Shown here piece after piece: positions 10,799 through 22,400 of a stretch of 64,000 nt of DNA (the first letter of the stretch is position 1; each line of letters starts with the position of its first letter). The DNA lies in assembly GCA_002811645.1 (NCBI GenBank), contig PDIP01000028.1:124001-188000 (forward strand), in the 5' to 3' direction. A program made the translations under genes and the position numbers. The notes beneath the pieces were generated by a model. The model did not search any database. It saw only the letters and a program-made list of their open reading frames with translations, and was not told where the DNA came from. Source of the stretch: Corallochytrium limacisporum Hawaii (Eukaryota; Protista; Pluriformea).

Positions 10799-12442
10799 AT
10801 GAGCACAACACCGGAAGTGTTCCGTAAATTCCTGAACCTAGGAGGAAAAGAAGGACAAGTGGGCAATAGAGGCGGTATGGGCAACAATTCAAGTTGGAGT
10901 ACAAACAATAGCCTACCCTCACGATCCTTTGGATCTCGCAGTCCATCTCCGAACTGGAGGACTACTCAGGTCAGCCCTATCTCGGACTTCTTTCGGCCAG
11001 AGATCCGGGATTCTGTGCCACAGAGCGGAAGCGCATACGAACATATTTTGCAGCAATGGGACTACATGAGTCGGAATGGCTTGGAGAGCTGGAGGAGACA
11101 ATACGATAGCATTGAGGATGGACTGTGGATAGACGGCTATCCTTCTATGTCTATCGCTATGCAGAATCCCAATGCGAACCGTTACATTGATATTTTGCCG
11201 TTCAACAGTACTCGAGTCACTCTGAAAGAGCCTGTGGCAGAGACCGGTTCGCAGTATCCACCAACGGATTATATCAACGCAAACAGTGTAGTAGTGAAGT
11301 TTGGCAATCGTACATATCACTACCTTGTCACACAGGGACCAATGGCAAGCACGGTGAATGCATTCTGGCAAATGGCTTGGGAGCAAGGCTCACTTTCTAT
11401 TGTCATGATTACTCGAGTCCAGGAGAGGGATCGTTTGAAATGCGAGGCTTACTGGCCTGCTGAACTCGGAGAAACAATGCATGCAGGAAATATTTCAATC
11501 AAGATGAACAAGAAAGTAGACAAGGGAGACTGGATTGAGCGTGAGTTTCTAATGCAGAACACCAACGAGAAATCGGGGAACACCTCACCGAGGACTGTTG
11601 TCCAGTATCAGTATGTCGCATGGCCCGATCACGGTGTGCCAGAAACAACCGGTGCCGCGGAGAAATTCGTTTCCCGAGTTCGGGCGGTACATGACAGCCG
11701 CAGCAAGGCTGTTGTTAGCCCTATGGTTGTGCACTGTAGTGCGGGTGTGGGTCGTTCAGGATGCTTCTGTGCGCTGGACGTCAATTTGGACTACTTGCGA
11801 CTCACGGGTGGCAGGGATCCGTTCCCCTTGTCTGTTGCTGACCTTCTGCGTCACTTCCGCAAGCAGCGGACAACCCTGATCCAGACTGTAGACCAATTTA
11901 TCTTTACCCATGCAACAATTGCGTGTGCCGCAAGAAAATACGTAGATAGTGGAAAGGCTAAAGTTAAGCATGCGCAGCTTTTGGATCGAACGCGTATCAT
12001 TCAATATGTGTCCAACCCAGGATCTCATGCTGCATTGACGGACGGCAACAAGAACAAGGGAGACAGTCACATGCTGATTATGAATCCCAGTGTCTTATCG
12101 CTCGTCCAGGTCGGGGACAAGCAGGCGAGTTTTCGTGAATCCTTTGAAATGTGCATCGCAGGAACTGAATATCCGAGTGAACGGATCATTTCAATGTCCC
12201 TTAAGGATAGAAAGCGGATGTCGACAGCTGTCCAAAAGCTTCGCTTCACCATCGCTTCACTCCTCGCCATTCCCATTGCGATTATATCGATCGTCACGGT
12301 ACTCCTCGCACCTACACAGGGCCGTGCGATTCTTCAGGATGGTAGCCGGGCGCTGAAGATGATCGTTCTCCAAGCAAAGAGCTACATTACCGGGGTATTG
12401 TTTCCTCAAGACGGCGGAATACCAGTTGACACCCATGAATGA
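10799..12442 (+). CDS. Classical non-receptor protein tyrosine phosphatase with C-terminal membrane anchor (PTP1B/TC-PTP-like topology)
   Basis: NRYIDILPF, DYINAN, TQGP, FWQMAW, WPDHGVP, VHCSAGVGRSG, IQTVDQF; hydrophobic FTIASLLAIPIAIISIVTVLLA near the C-terminus. Confidence 0.95.
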   Translation: MSTTPEVFRKFLNLGGKEGQVGNRGGMGNNSSWSTNNSLPSRSFGSRSPSPNWRTTQVSPISDFFRPEIRDSVPQSGSAYEHILQQWDYMSRNGLESWRRQYDSIEDGLWIDGYPSMSIAMQNPNANRYIDILPFNSTRVTLKEPVAETGSQYPPTDYINANSVVVKFGNRTYHYLVTQGPMASTVNAFWQMAWEQGSLSIVMITRVQERDRLKCEAYWPAELGETMHAGNISIKMNKKVDKGDWIEREFLMQNTNEKSGNTSPRTVVQYQYVAWPDHGVPETTGAAEKFVSRVRAVHDSRSKAVVSPMVVHCSAGVGRSGCFCALDVNLDYLRLTGGRDPFPLSVADLLRHFRKQRTTLIQTVDQFIFTHATIACAARKYVDSGKAKVKHAQLLDRTRIIQYVSNPGSHAALTDGNKNKGDSHMLIMNPSVLSLVQVGDKQASFRESFEMCIAGTEYPSERIISMSLKDRKRMSTAVQKLRFTIASLLAIPIAIISIVTVLLAPTQGRAILQDGSRALKMIVLQAKSYITGVLFPQDGGIPVDTHE

Positions 12443-13115
12443 CATATCATCTACTCTGTACTTTCTTTGTGATCCATAGAATACATTTCATCATCGTTGT
12501 AATTCACCCAGTATCTATGTGTCCATGGTTCCTTCCACGGGCAGCTTGGCAGCACACTGTGATATTGCAACTCCTTTTACCGAAGACAGCTGGTGACCCA
12601 GCCCTTTGTCGACGCGTACACTTCCTAGGCTTTGGCGGACCCTCCTAAAAATAGTGCTGTCACCCACCGGTACCCTCAGTACTGCGCACTGGGGTTTGCT
12701 GGGATAGGCCAACACCGCTCCGGGTCGCGGTTTTCGATTAGCCGATCCGGTTTCGGTGCTGGGCGTATGGATTGTACCTTCACAGGGAAAGGTTAAGCAA
12801 CTCTCCCTCTCATCAGTGCCCCCCCCCCCGGGCACTTTTCTTCTTTCATTTCCGTAGTGAGAGTACCGAATTTCCTTGGGTGGGTTCAGAGCGTAGGGAC
12901 TCCCTTGCCTACAGAAGGTAAATCACGCCCGGGGAGGAGGGAGACTACGCAAGCGGTGGAGACGACAGGTACAGCCGACGATGGGAAGGTGGGACCTCTA
13001 ACGAATACATCAGCATCTTCCGAACCGAGTAAGGTACTTGAGACGATACCTACCATTGGAAGAAAAAGAGGAGGAATTGATACCTAACGCTTATCTCCGG
13101 AATAATCTCTACCAA

Positions 13116-14213
13116 ATGGCCTCGTCAACATTAAGACAGACTGTTCAAAACCTGTCAAAGATGAGTGAGATCTACACTATCTTTGGTGCTCCAGGTAGTC
13201 CATACACCCTGAAGGTGCGCGCGGCCTTTAGATATAGACACATTCCGTACCAATTCGTGATCATGGGTGGTATGTGGAAGAATGATGTCATGGCCAAAGT
13301 TAAGGTACCGGTGATCCCAGTAGTGAAGACTCCAGATGGCGAGTATATGAATGACTCAACACCTCTGCTACTCAAAATGGAGAAGCTCTACAGGCCCGGA
13401 TTTAAATCTTTGGCCCCTGAACAATCCAACAATGCGGTTCATTTCCTTATTCACTTCTTGGAGGATTTCGCGGATGAATGGTGCACCAAGGGCATGTTCC
13501 ACTGGCGATGGTTCCGAGAACGAGACGGACGCGATGCTGCGCGGTGGCTCGTAGCGGATCAAACACTGGGTCTGGTTGATCAGCAGAGCAGCGAGGCGCT
13601 CGCTAAAGATTTCTTTGAGCGCCAGACAGGCAGAAATCCTATTGTCGGTGTGACTCCAGCAAACCAGAATATGATTGAAACTACAATGTTCAAAGTGCTT
13701 GATGTCGTGGAGAGTCTGTGTACGGAAGCGGCCGGTGGACCTTACCTGTTCGGCACGGCGCCTACTCTCGCAGATTTTGCTCTGTATGGCCAGATTTCGC
13801 AGTTCATTGTCGATCTGACGATTATGGAAACCGTGCGAGAAAAATATCCATACAGCTACCGCTGGATTATGATTCTGGACGATGTTAGCGGTGTGGATGG
13901 GTCCGTGGCCAAGACAGTTGCGGAGATCCCAAAACCGACTATGGATCTGGTAGCATTGGCGGCAGAGGTATATCTGCCGTTTTTGAAAGCCAACGCCCTG
14001 GCTATGCAAGCTGGAGAGAAGAGCTTTGAGTTCTCCGCCCGTGGTATGAACTACAAGCAGAACACGTTCAAGTACCAGGTTCGCTGCCTGCAGGATCTAC
14101 GCCAACGCTACTCTTCCCTGAATGAGACCGATCAGAAGGAACTATTGTCCGTCCTACCGAGCAATCTTCATACACTAGTGGAAGAGACCCTGGGCTCTCG
14201 AGCTAGGCTGTAG
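13116..14213 (+). CDS. Glutathione S-transferase-like protein (bacterial-type long GST family)
   Basis: GSPYTLKVR, cis-Pro VIPVV, DSTP, ADEW..KGMFHWRW, YLFG..PTLADFALYGQ. ATGs at 13116 and 13161. Ends in -ARL. Confidence 0.85.
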   Translation: MASSTLRQTVQNLSKMSEIYTIFGAPGSPYTLKVRAAFRYRHIPYQFVIMGGMWKNDVMAKVKVPVIPVVKTPDGEYMNDSTPLLLKMEKLYRPGFKSLAPEQSNNAVHFLIHFLEDFADEWCTKGMFHWRWFRERDGRDAARWLVADQTLGLVDQQSSEALAKDFFERQTGRNPIVGVTPANQNMIETTMFKVLDVVESLCTEAAGGPYLFGTAPTLADFALYGQISQFIVDLTIMETVREKYPYSYRWIMILDDVSGVDGSVAKTVAEIPKPTMDLVALAAEVYLPFLKANALAMQAGEKSFEFSARGMNYKQNTFKYQVRCLQDLRQRYSSLNETDQKELLSVLPSNLHTLVEETLGSRARL

Positions 14214-14313
14214 GTGATCCTTGTGCCTGCCCTTCTTTAGGAATACACCGTTACGTAGGACAGTCAAAACATGTAATGCCTTTTATATATGATGCAGCTG
14301 GGATTGTTACCAT

Positions 14314-15351
14314 TTACTTTCGTCCGCGAGTCTTTCGCGTCGACGCAAGGCCGCTTTCGGCAGCAGCCCGGCGCTTTGGGAGCACACGCTCCGGCGATTC
14401 CGGCTCCAGCTCCTTCTTTGCTGATCGTGGAGGACTCTTTCGTGTCGGAGAGGCAGCACCGTTCCTGCTGCTTTTCTTTGGTGCAACATTGCTGGTGCTG
14501 CTTTTGGGGGCCGTGGACGCCTTCTTTGGCTTGATCAGCGGTCCCTTTGGTAGCTCCATGGTAGGAATGAGTCCATACCGGTAGACAATTTTCGCATCGG
14601 TACGTTTGAGGGCCCGCACGCGGACCACGCTCAGCAATACCACAGCGCCGTAGCTGCCGTAGCCGGTCAAACAGTGCCACCAGGCATGCAGCTCAAGGAA
14701 AGGTCCAAAGGGCTCGATTTCCGCCCGCAATGCCCGCAGTTCCTCACAGAAGATGTTGTCAATATTCCAGAGCAGGAAACCAGTGCCGTAAGCACTGACG
14801 CTGTAGTACATCAGCCGACGAGCATCCTCCATCTTCTTGGTCTTTGTGTGATCCACGCCCTGATAAGCCAACAACACGACACCGATTCCGTAGCACACAA
14901 AAAAGAACTCTGATATCTCCAGGTACATGTACCCAGCCCAGCTGACAACCACGTACGCCACCAAACCCACAGCCCATTTCTTCGATCTGTCGCTGAAAGC
15001 ATTCGGCGGGTCCTTGTATGAGACACTACAGAATAGGAAGGCAGCGGCGGTGAAAATCATGGGGAATTCATCCATCATCTGCCCCTCCATAGACAGTGTA
15101 CCGTGGAACCAAGCAGAACCGGCACCCGTAATCAGAATTGCCAGATACGCAAGATCGAATCGCGTCTCAAGACCGAGACGGCGCACCTCAAACATGCCAT
15201 AGATGGCTAGAGCCATGAAAGATAAATTAGTGATCGTGTTCCAGAACTCTGCAATGTAATGTGTCACCCGGTAATTGAACTCACACCAGTCCAGGTAGGC
15301 CGTCCGGGGGCCCCAGTACCAGTGCTGCTCTGCCTCCTCGAAATGCTTCAT
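14314..15351 (-). CDS. ACER3: Alkaline ceramidase (CREST family, ACER3/Ypc1-like)
   Basis: WG..T..LDWCE.NY, IAEFWNTITN, GSAWFHGTL, DEFPM, HAWWH; 7 TM segments. Confidence 0.93.
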   Translation of the reverse strand: MKHFEEAEQHWYWGPRTAYLDWCEFNYRVTHYIAEFWNTITNLSFMALAIYGMFEVRRLGLETRFDLAYLAILITGAGSAWFHGTLSMEGQMMDEFPMIFTAAAFLFCSVSYKDPPNAFSDRSKKWAVGLVAYVVVSWAGYMYLEISEFFFVCYGIGVVLLAYQGVDHTKTKKMEDARRLMYYSVSAYGTGFLLWNIDNIFCEELRALRAEIEPFGPFLELHAWWHCLTGYGSYGAVVLLSVVRVRALKRTDAKIVYRYGLIPTMELPKGPLIKPKKASTAPKSSTSNVAPKKSSRNGAASPTRKSPPRSAKKELEPESPERVLPKRRAAAESGLASTRKTRGRK

Positions 15352-15922
15352 GGCGCTGTATCTTTCCTTAATCGACTGTTGTTATGAAGCCTTTCCAATA
15401 CACATCAGTTGATCCTCTGTGTGATATGATCCATCGGTCGCAAACTTCAAATACTCTTCTGGGGCCACGCTCTGCGCACTTTCGCAGAAGCCTCTGCGGG
15501 CCGAGGCAAAGCCCGCGATTTCCACCCGGGCACGTCGATGAGTGCCCTTTTCGTTCGCCTCCGCCGCACCGCAATAGCTGGGCGCTCGGGGCAACTCTTT
15601 TCTTTTTCTCTCCTTCCCGCCAAAAACCGGCCCCTAAAGGAATTATCGAAATTTTCAATTGCTAGTGTCTTTTGCGGACACAAATTGCGCGAAATACAGC
15701 GGGGTCCTTTCCCCCCCCCCAACCTCCCCTTGAGGGCACGATGGGGAGGGGAGTCGCTGGCAAGCCCGATCAATGACGCAGGTGGAGCAGAACGGGTCTC
15801 CTGCGGATGTTTAGCTCACGATGCGTTGTCATCATGACGCTATTGATATGTACACTCACACCAGCCCGTACAGGAATTTAAATGAGTCTATCTTCTTCAT
15901 ATTCGAGGAATCATGAGGATGC

Positions 15923-18900
15923 ATGTCGTCGGAGCTTTCGACTGCGGGAAAGCACTCTCGAGGAATGGGAACGATTCTAGGCCGATCGGCTCCACAAATG
16001 CCTGATAAGGCAGTGACTCAGGAACGAGATGGGGGTAAGAAAGATGAGAAGATCATGCATACACCAATGCGTGGTAAGACAATGACAAAGAAACGCAATC
16101 GAAGCAAGGAAAATGAGGAGATTATGGCTCCGTCGAAGCGTGGTACGGCGGTGAAGAAACGTGCTCATGGCAAGGAGAATGAGGAGAGCATCGTCAGAGA
16201 TGAATGGCAAATAAGCAAGCTCATGCATGCCAGATCTTTACCGGGTTATGTCATCATGAATATACAGGATCTGCCGCAGAGTGCGCAGATCCATAGCGGA
16301 GCACCTAGTGTTAAGAAGAAGAAAATAGTCTACGCTCCAATGGAAGTCGATGAGGAGGAAGATCGCGAGGTTGAGTGTTGCGTCATCGAGTGTAATGTAG
16401 TCGGTGTTCAGTATTACACCGGCCTGTGTGATAAGGGCGAACATTTGCTCCTGGTGAGGGAACCCAACAACCCCCATGACAAGTGGGCAGTGAAAGCATG
16501 CAACATGAATGGGGTGCAGATTGGACACCTACCCAGAGCGTTAGTGGCGCATCTGGCACCGCTTATGGACGAAATGGTTGAAACGCTAAGGTTGGCACCA
16601 TGTACAAACCGGCCACCAGGTACATATGTAATGCCGATAAAGATCACTGTGTATTGTCCCATGTCCCGACTTCGTACAATCCAAGGTAAATTGGCATTGG
16701 CGCTCAACGCGTATGGCGTTAAGGACATTCGGATGGGTGACGGTAGTGGGTCAACGACGAGTCTGCGGCGGAGTGCCCTTGGGTCCATGGACAGCTCAGA
16801 AATGTTCACTCCCTTGGTCCCATGGGAATATCAGCAATACGTTCCGCAACCCAAACACATCACAACTTCAATGTATCTTCATCAGAGAATCGCGCTGTTG
16901 TGGATGCAAAGAATGGAAATGTTTCGGCATGTGAAACAGGTTTACAAGGATATGGACCAAATTTTCCTTAGAAACGTAACCGACAAGGACATGCGTCCTG
17001 TGATTCAGGGCTGGCAGGAACGGCACGGAATCTTCTACAACATTTCTAGCAATCAACCAACCCGCGAGAGTCCGCTTCTTCTACGCGGTGGCATTCTAGG
17101 AGATGACATGGGACTTGGAAAGACGTTAGAGATCATCTCGTTAATCGTCTGGTCAATAGACAAACAACGAGAAGATCAAAGGGAAGGGGTCACGGGCCCG
17201 ACCCTCGTGGTCGCCCCACTGTCGGTTTTGTCAAATTGGTCCAACCAAATTACGCAACACGTGTCCCAGTCGACCAATCTGCGGGTCCTTGTCCATCACG
17301 GTGCGACGAGAGCGAAGGCATATACATCTGATAAGAACAGGAAAGTGCTTGCTGAGACTGATGTAGTAATTACAAGCTACGAAACTTTGGCCTCGGACTT
17401 TGCTGGTGGTCGAAGGGAAGAGAAGAGTACTGTATCGAGTGGCCTCTACAAGACAGAATACACAGGAGGCTTCTTCCGCGTCATACTCGATGAAGCACAC
17501 ATCATTCGAAACCTCCACAGTCAACGTACGAAGGCATGCATTGCAGTGCCTGCGAGTCGTCGTTGGTGTGTAACTGGGACGGTAATGCTGAATAGCATCA
17601 ACGATGCGCAAGCCCTTTTCGCCTTCCTTCGCCTGAAACCGTGGTGTGAGGATGGCTTCTGGACGCATAAGATCGGTGCTCCTTGTAGAATGGGGATCGC
17701 AGATGGGTTCCATTGGGTTCAGTGCTTAATGCGCACCTACTGCCTTCGCCGTCACAAGAACATGATGATTCCAGGAAGGGATGGAGGATCTGAGCAGCCC
17801 CTTGTTGACTTACCATCCAAGACGATCCGGGTACAGTCTATTGACCTAAACGAGCAAGAGATGGAATGGTACACCACGGTGTGGGAGCAGGTCTTAGATA
17901 CTCTGAGTGCCATGGCAGAAGGGCGTGCTTCTGGTAAGCAGCCTACCGTGAGCCCTATGACCGCTGTTCTGGTGTATCTAACTCGTCTGCGGCAGTTGTG
18001 TTGCTCAATGGCTCTCCTACCGCATGCAATGAGGCAGTCCCTGCTGCGGGGACGGAATGTAAAGCTGCTGGAAGATGTCACTCAGCAATGGCTCATGCTT
18101 GAAAGAACCCAGGGCAAGGAATTTGCTGAAAAGATGCGAGATGCATTGATGAAGAGCGCAGATGAAGACGAATGTGTTATTTGTCTGGAACTGGGCAGTA
18201 CCGTGATTACTCCATGTGGCCATTGCTACCATAAGCCCTGTATCATGGAATCGCTGAATGTCAAGGAATCTTGTCCCTTGTGCCGTACCCCGGTCACACA
18301 GAACGATCTGCTGGAGAAACCAGTTGACGTGGAAGACCTTGATAGGGCACGCGAGGAGGAGCAGGCGAAGTCTTCAGAGCGCGAGAGGCGTGTAAGGGAG
18401 GAACCAAGTTCCAAATTACTCGCTGGTCTCAAATACGTTCAAGAACACCAAAAACGAGACCAGATCATCGTCTTTTCTTCATTCCGAACCTTCCTGGATC
18501 TCTTCAGCGATGTGCTACACGAGCACGAGATCCGGCATGGCATGATTGTTGGCAGCATGAACCTTAAAGAACGCGAACGCAACCTACAGCATTTTCAGGA
18601 TGGTACTTCACGCGTTCTGTTGATCAGCCTCAAGGCGGGCAGTCTCGGCATGAATCTCGTGACCGCAAACCACGTCCTTCTCATGGACCCGTGGTGGAAT
18701 GTTGCCGCGGAGGAACAGGCCATTGACCGCGTTCACCGTCTCGGACAGCACAAGGATGTGCATGTCACGCGCTTCTGTGCAGCAGGCACTATCGAAGATC
18801 GCATTCTCGATGTCCAGTGGATCAAGAATCGCAGTATTCGGTCTGTCTACTCTGGGCGGAAGAAATCAAGGACAGACCTTGTCAAGGAACGGCAGGCGCT

Positions 18901-18967
18901 GATGGGCGCGCTTTTTGGGGACAACATTGTCCAAAAAGTATTCGGTCAAGAACGAACTCGAAGATAG
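15923..18967 (+). CDS. HLTF: HLTF/Rad5-like SNF2 helicase-E3 ligase (HIRAN, SNF2_N, RING, helicase C)
   Basis: HIRAN (VVGVQYY, REPNNPHDKWAV, IGHLPR); GGILGDDMGLGKT; DEAH; RING inserted in the ATPase; MDPWWN..EEQAIDRVHRLGQ. Confidence 0.9.
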   Translation: MSSELSTAGKHSRGMGTILGRSAPQMPDKAVTQERDGGKKDEKIMHTPMRGKTMTKKRNRSKENEEIMAPSKRGTAVKKRAHGKENEESIVRDEWQISKLMHARSLPGYVIMNIQDLPQSAQIHSGAPSVKKKKIVYAPMEVDEEEDREVECCVIECNVVGVQYYTGLCDKGEHLLLVREPNNPHDKWAVKACNMNGVQIGHLPRALVAHLAPLMDEMVETLRLAPCTNRPPGTYVMPIKITVYCPMSRLRTIQGKLALALNAYGVKDIRMGDGSGSTTSLRRSALGSMDSSEMFTPLVPWEYQQYVPQPKHITTSMYLHQRIALLWMQRMEMFRHVKQVYKDMDQIFLRNVTDKDMRPVIQGWQERHGIFYNISSNQPTRESPLLLRGGILGDDMGLGKTLEIISLIVWSIDKQREDQREGVTGPTLVVAPLSVLSNWSNQITQHVSQSTNLRVLVHHGATRAKAYTSDKNRKVLAETDVVITSYETLASDFAGGRREEKSTVSSGLYKTEYTGGFFRVILDEAHIIRNLHSQRTKACIAVPASRRWCVTGTVMLNSINDAQALFAFLRLKPWCEDGFWTHKIGAPCRMGIADGFHWVQCLMRTYCLRRHKNMMIPGRDGGSEQPLVDLPSKTIRVQSIDLNEQEMEWYTTVWEQVLDTLSAMAEGRASGKQPTVSPMTAVLVYLTRLRQLCCSMALLPHAMRQSLLRGRNVKLLEDVTQQWLMLERTQGKEFAEKMRDALMKSADEDECVICLELGSTVITPCGHCYHKPCIMESLNVKESCPLCRTPVTQNDLLEKPVDVEDLDRAREEEQAKSSERERRVREEPSSKLLAGLKYVQEHQKRDQIIVFSSFRTFLDLFSDVLHEHEIRHGMIVGSMNLKERERNLQHFQDGTSRVLLISLKAGSLGMNLVTANHVLLMDPWWNVAAEEQAIDRVHRLGQHKDVHVTRFCAAGTIEDRILDVQWIKNRSIRSVYSGRKKSRTDLVKERQALMGALFGDNIVQKVFGQERTRR

Positions 18968-19499
18968 ACATGTGTAAGAATTTATGTGGTTAGTTTAATT
19001 AGATATTTGTTACTTTACGAATGATTCTTTAGGACGAATGCAAACAATGTTGACTACGAAAACAATTCAGAGAATGCTTTGCCGAATATGGGTTTGGCTG
19101 CGGTTGGTTCACGCCTGGTGAACGCTGCATCGTCGGCTGACGACTGCAGACAGGGGACCATCGCGGACTTTTCTGTGTTAGAGATGTGGAAGTGAACTAT
19201 CGCAGAGCCCACTGATATGGAAGTAAATGGTTTGGTGTTGATGTTCAGCACGGGAACATGCAAAGATGGATTGGGGATACTAGGAAAGGCCGATTGCCGA
19301 GGTAATTGATTTACGGTCAAAGGGCTGGTCAGAAAATACTAAACATTTTGAAGGGAGAACGAAGCAAATGAGCTGCCAAGATGGATTCGGCGGGGTTGGG
19401 ATGACGATCATCTGAAGATAGTGCAGGTCCTGCAGTCCAATCATAGGCTAGCTACAGAAGTTCTAGGTTCTGGCCTTCTGATGGAGTTCCTTGTCTTTC

Positions 19500-22400
19500 T
19501 CACTGTAGCTCGTTCAAGGGGGCAATCTGGTTGATGTAAACACCTACCATGCCATTGTTGAAGATAAGGTGCCACTCCCACGGCTTGAACACCGCCGGAG
19601 AGACAGCAAAGGTATACTCCTGCGCGTTGGATGACACCAGCACCGACCAGGGTTCGTCGTCAGTGGAACCTTTCCAACGGCGAGGAAGCTCCAGAGTGAA
19701 GGTCTCAAAGCCGGAGACACCCAAACTTTCAGCGCTGGTGCCATCGGTGAAGAGCAGCGGTAGAATGCCGTAGGCGATCAGCCCCTTGCGGAAGTCCTCA
19801 CCGAAAGACTGAGCAATGATGGCCCGCACACCGAGCTCCCGGCATGACTTGACCGCCCACTCACGGCAATTTCGCATGCCAAAGTCACGGCCACCAAGAA
19901 TAATTACATCGACATCTTCGCGGCGGTATCGGGCAGCCGCTTCGTGAATGGGCATGACTTCACCAGTTGGCAGATGCATAGTTTTGCCAGCTATGTTCTG
20001 GCTTTCGTTTGCAGCAGAATTAGTGGCATCGTTTCTACCACTGTAATGGCCACGGGGACTGCCGTAAGAGTCACTCTGACCCGTAGGCATGCTGTAGTAG
20101 CCGCTAGCATTTGCACCGGTCCATTGCTGACGCTGATTGGAGGAAATGTGCTGATGATGTTGCTCTTGCATAAGTAGCCGATTGCGAACAATGGCACTGG
20201 CAAAGGCAGCACGGATCATCACCTCGTGGTTCGCACGACGACTACCATAGGAGCCGTATTGTCGATTCTGTAGACCGAGCGACTTGAGGTATAAACCACT
20301 CGCACTCTGTCGACGAATCATGCCTGCCGGAGAGATGGCGTCACAGGTCACACTGTCACCAGCAAAAAGCAGGCAACGTGCCCGCCGGAAAAGACGGTTG
20401 ACCATCAGTGCTTCGGAAGAGCTCCGGCCAGCCATGCCGTCAAAACCAAGTTGACGAACCGCGCCACGACTTGGACGCAATTCTGTGGATTCCGGATCCC
20501 AGGGATACATTTCGAAGCGTGGGCACTGCAGAGAGTCCCATAGGCGGGTGCCTTCTGCGATGCGGCAGGACAGGTCCTCGACCAGCGAGGGCACTACCAC
20601 GGCCGATTCCACCGCGCGAATCTCCTCACGAGACGGCCATAGGTCTGCCAGGAACACTGGCTCGCCGGTCTCCGCGTCAAAACCAAGTGGATCGGTGGCA
20701 AAATTAATGTTTACGGTGCCAGCCAGAGCGTAGGCTACGACTAAAGGTGGTGATACGAGGTATGCTCCTCGAGTGGACGGATGTACGCGGCGTTCGAGCT
20801 TCCGGTTACCGGAGAGAATACTCACGGCCACGATGCTTTCCTTGGCGATCGTTTCATCGACTTCAGGCATTAGCGGAGCGGTCTCGCTGCGGCATACAGC
20901 GCAGCCAAAACCGGCATTGTGGAAGCCAAGTTGTTCCAAGTGGCGCAGAACTCCGGAATCTTCCAGGTACGACTGCACAGTACCGCCGCCAGGGGCAAGC
21001 TGTAGACGAATGTGCGGCAAGGGCTTGAGACCGCGCTGGAGGGCAGCTTTGGCAAGAAGACCAGCACCGAGCATGACGGTTGGATTGGACGCGTTGGTAC
21101 ACGCACTGATGGCCGCAATCACGACACTACCGTGCCTCAAGTGCACGGGGCGCTCAATGTTCTTCTTGCCCGTCCAGAGAGTGAGTTTCTTCTTGCCATC
21201 CTCCAGAGTCTCCTGCTGAAATTCCTCAAGATATTGAGGTACCTGGCTGGCAGTCATGCAGCGACTGCGAAATTCCTCGGGCAAACAAACGACAGTGTCC
21301 AGGCGTTCGTCATCCACACCAAAACCAATCTGTGGATTTGGGTCCGTAAGTGCCTTTAGGAAGGTCTCCTGCATGTCTGTCACGGCAATACGATCCAGAG
21401 AGCGACGGGGACCACTGCAAGTGGGCTGCACCTCAGTAAGGTCTACCATCTCCAGGCGGGTGTAACGATGACTCAGTTCGTCCGCGGTCTCAGTCTTCAG
21501 GTCCTTTTGGCTCCTGTACAGGCCCAGACACTTGAGTAGGTCCTTCACAATATCAACACTCTCCCACGGAGAGGACGCATCGGTAGCATCGTCCATCTGT
21601 GAAGTGGCCGAACTTCTAGATCCAGCGCAAGAGCCCACAATCTCGCTAAAGCTGGAATCGCCCTTGCTGTTCCCGAGCACAACCCAGTGGCGTTTCTTTG
21701 TGGCCAGGCGACTCTGTTGCAAATGCTGTGATGCAATGTCGTCGAATGGGAAGAAGGCGATCTGTGCGTCGTACTCTCCACACATGTGTGCCACAGTACA
21801 TCGGTCAGCCACGCTCAGATTGCTCACACCAGGACCAACAAACTCAACAATAGCCCCATTCAAGGATTTGATCTTCAGACGCTTGGTTATGGCAAGTACA
21901 ATGTCTGTGGAGGTCGCCAGTGGATCTACGTCGCCGTGCAGGTAGACGCCGACCACATCACGTATGGACAAAGGCAAAGACAGACCGAACATTGCCATTT
22001 CTGCGTCCAAAGATCCCACAGACCAAGCCAGCTCACCCAATCCGTTGATCAGACCGACGTGGCTGGCATTGCCGACCAGAATATCAGGGTACAGGAACGC
22101 ATCTTTGGAGTTCCCGTTATTGCTGTTCCCGAAGGACCCACTCTTACGCAGACGGCTCGTTAGTACTCCAGCCAGGTCACTGGTACCGCCAACGCCCACC
22201 TCGCCGCTGCCTGTGCGGATAGAGCCGGCATTGCTCACTGACGTGCGATTCATTACAACCTGTGCCATGCGCTCCAAATTTACCTGGTGCACAATACCGC
22301 AGTCGGGAGGTGTGACGTTCACGTTTTCCATCTGCCGACTGGCCCACTTCAGCAGACGGTACATCTCCTTGCTCTGCTCAAAGTTTGCAAGCTGGGCACG

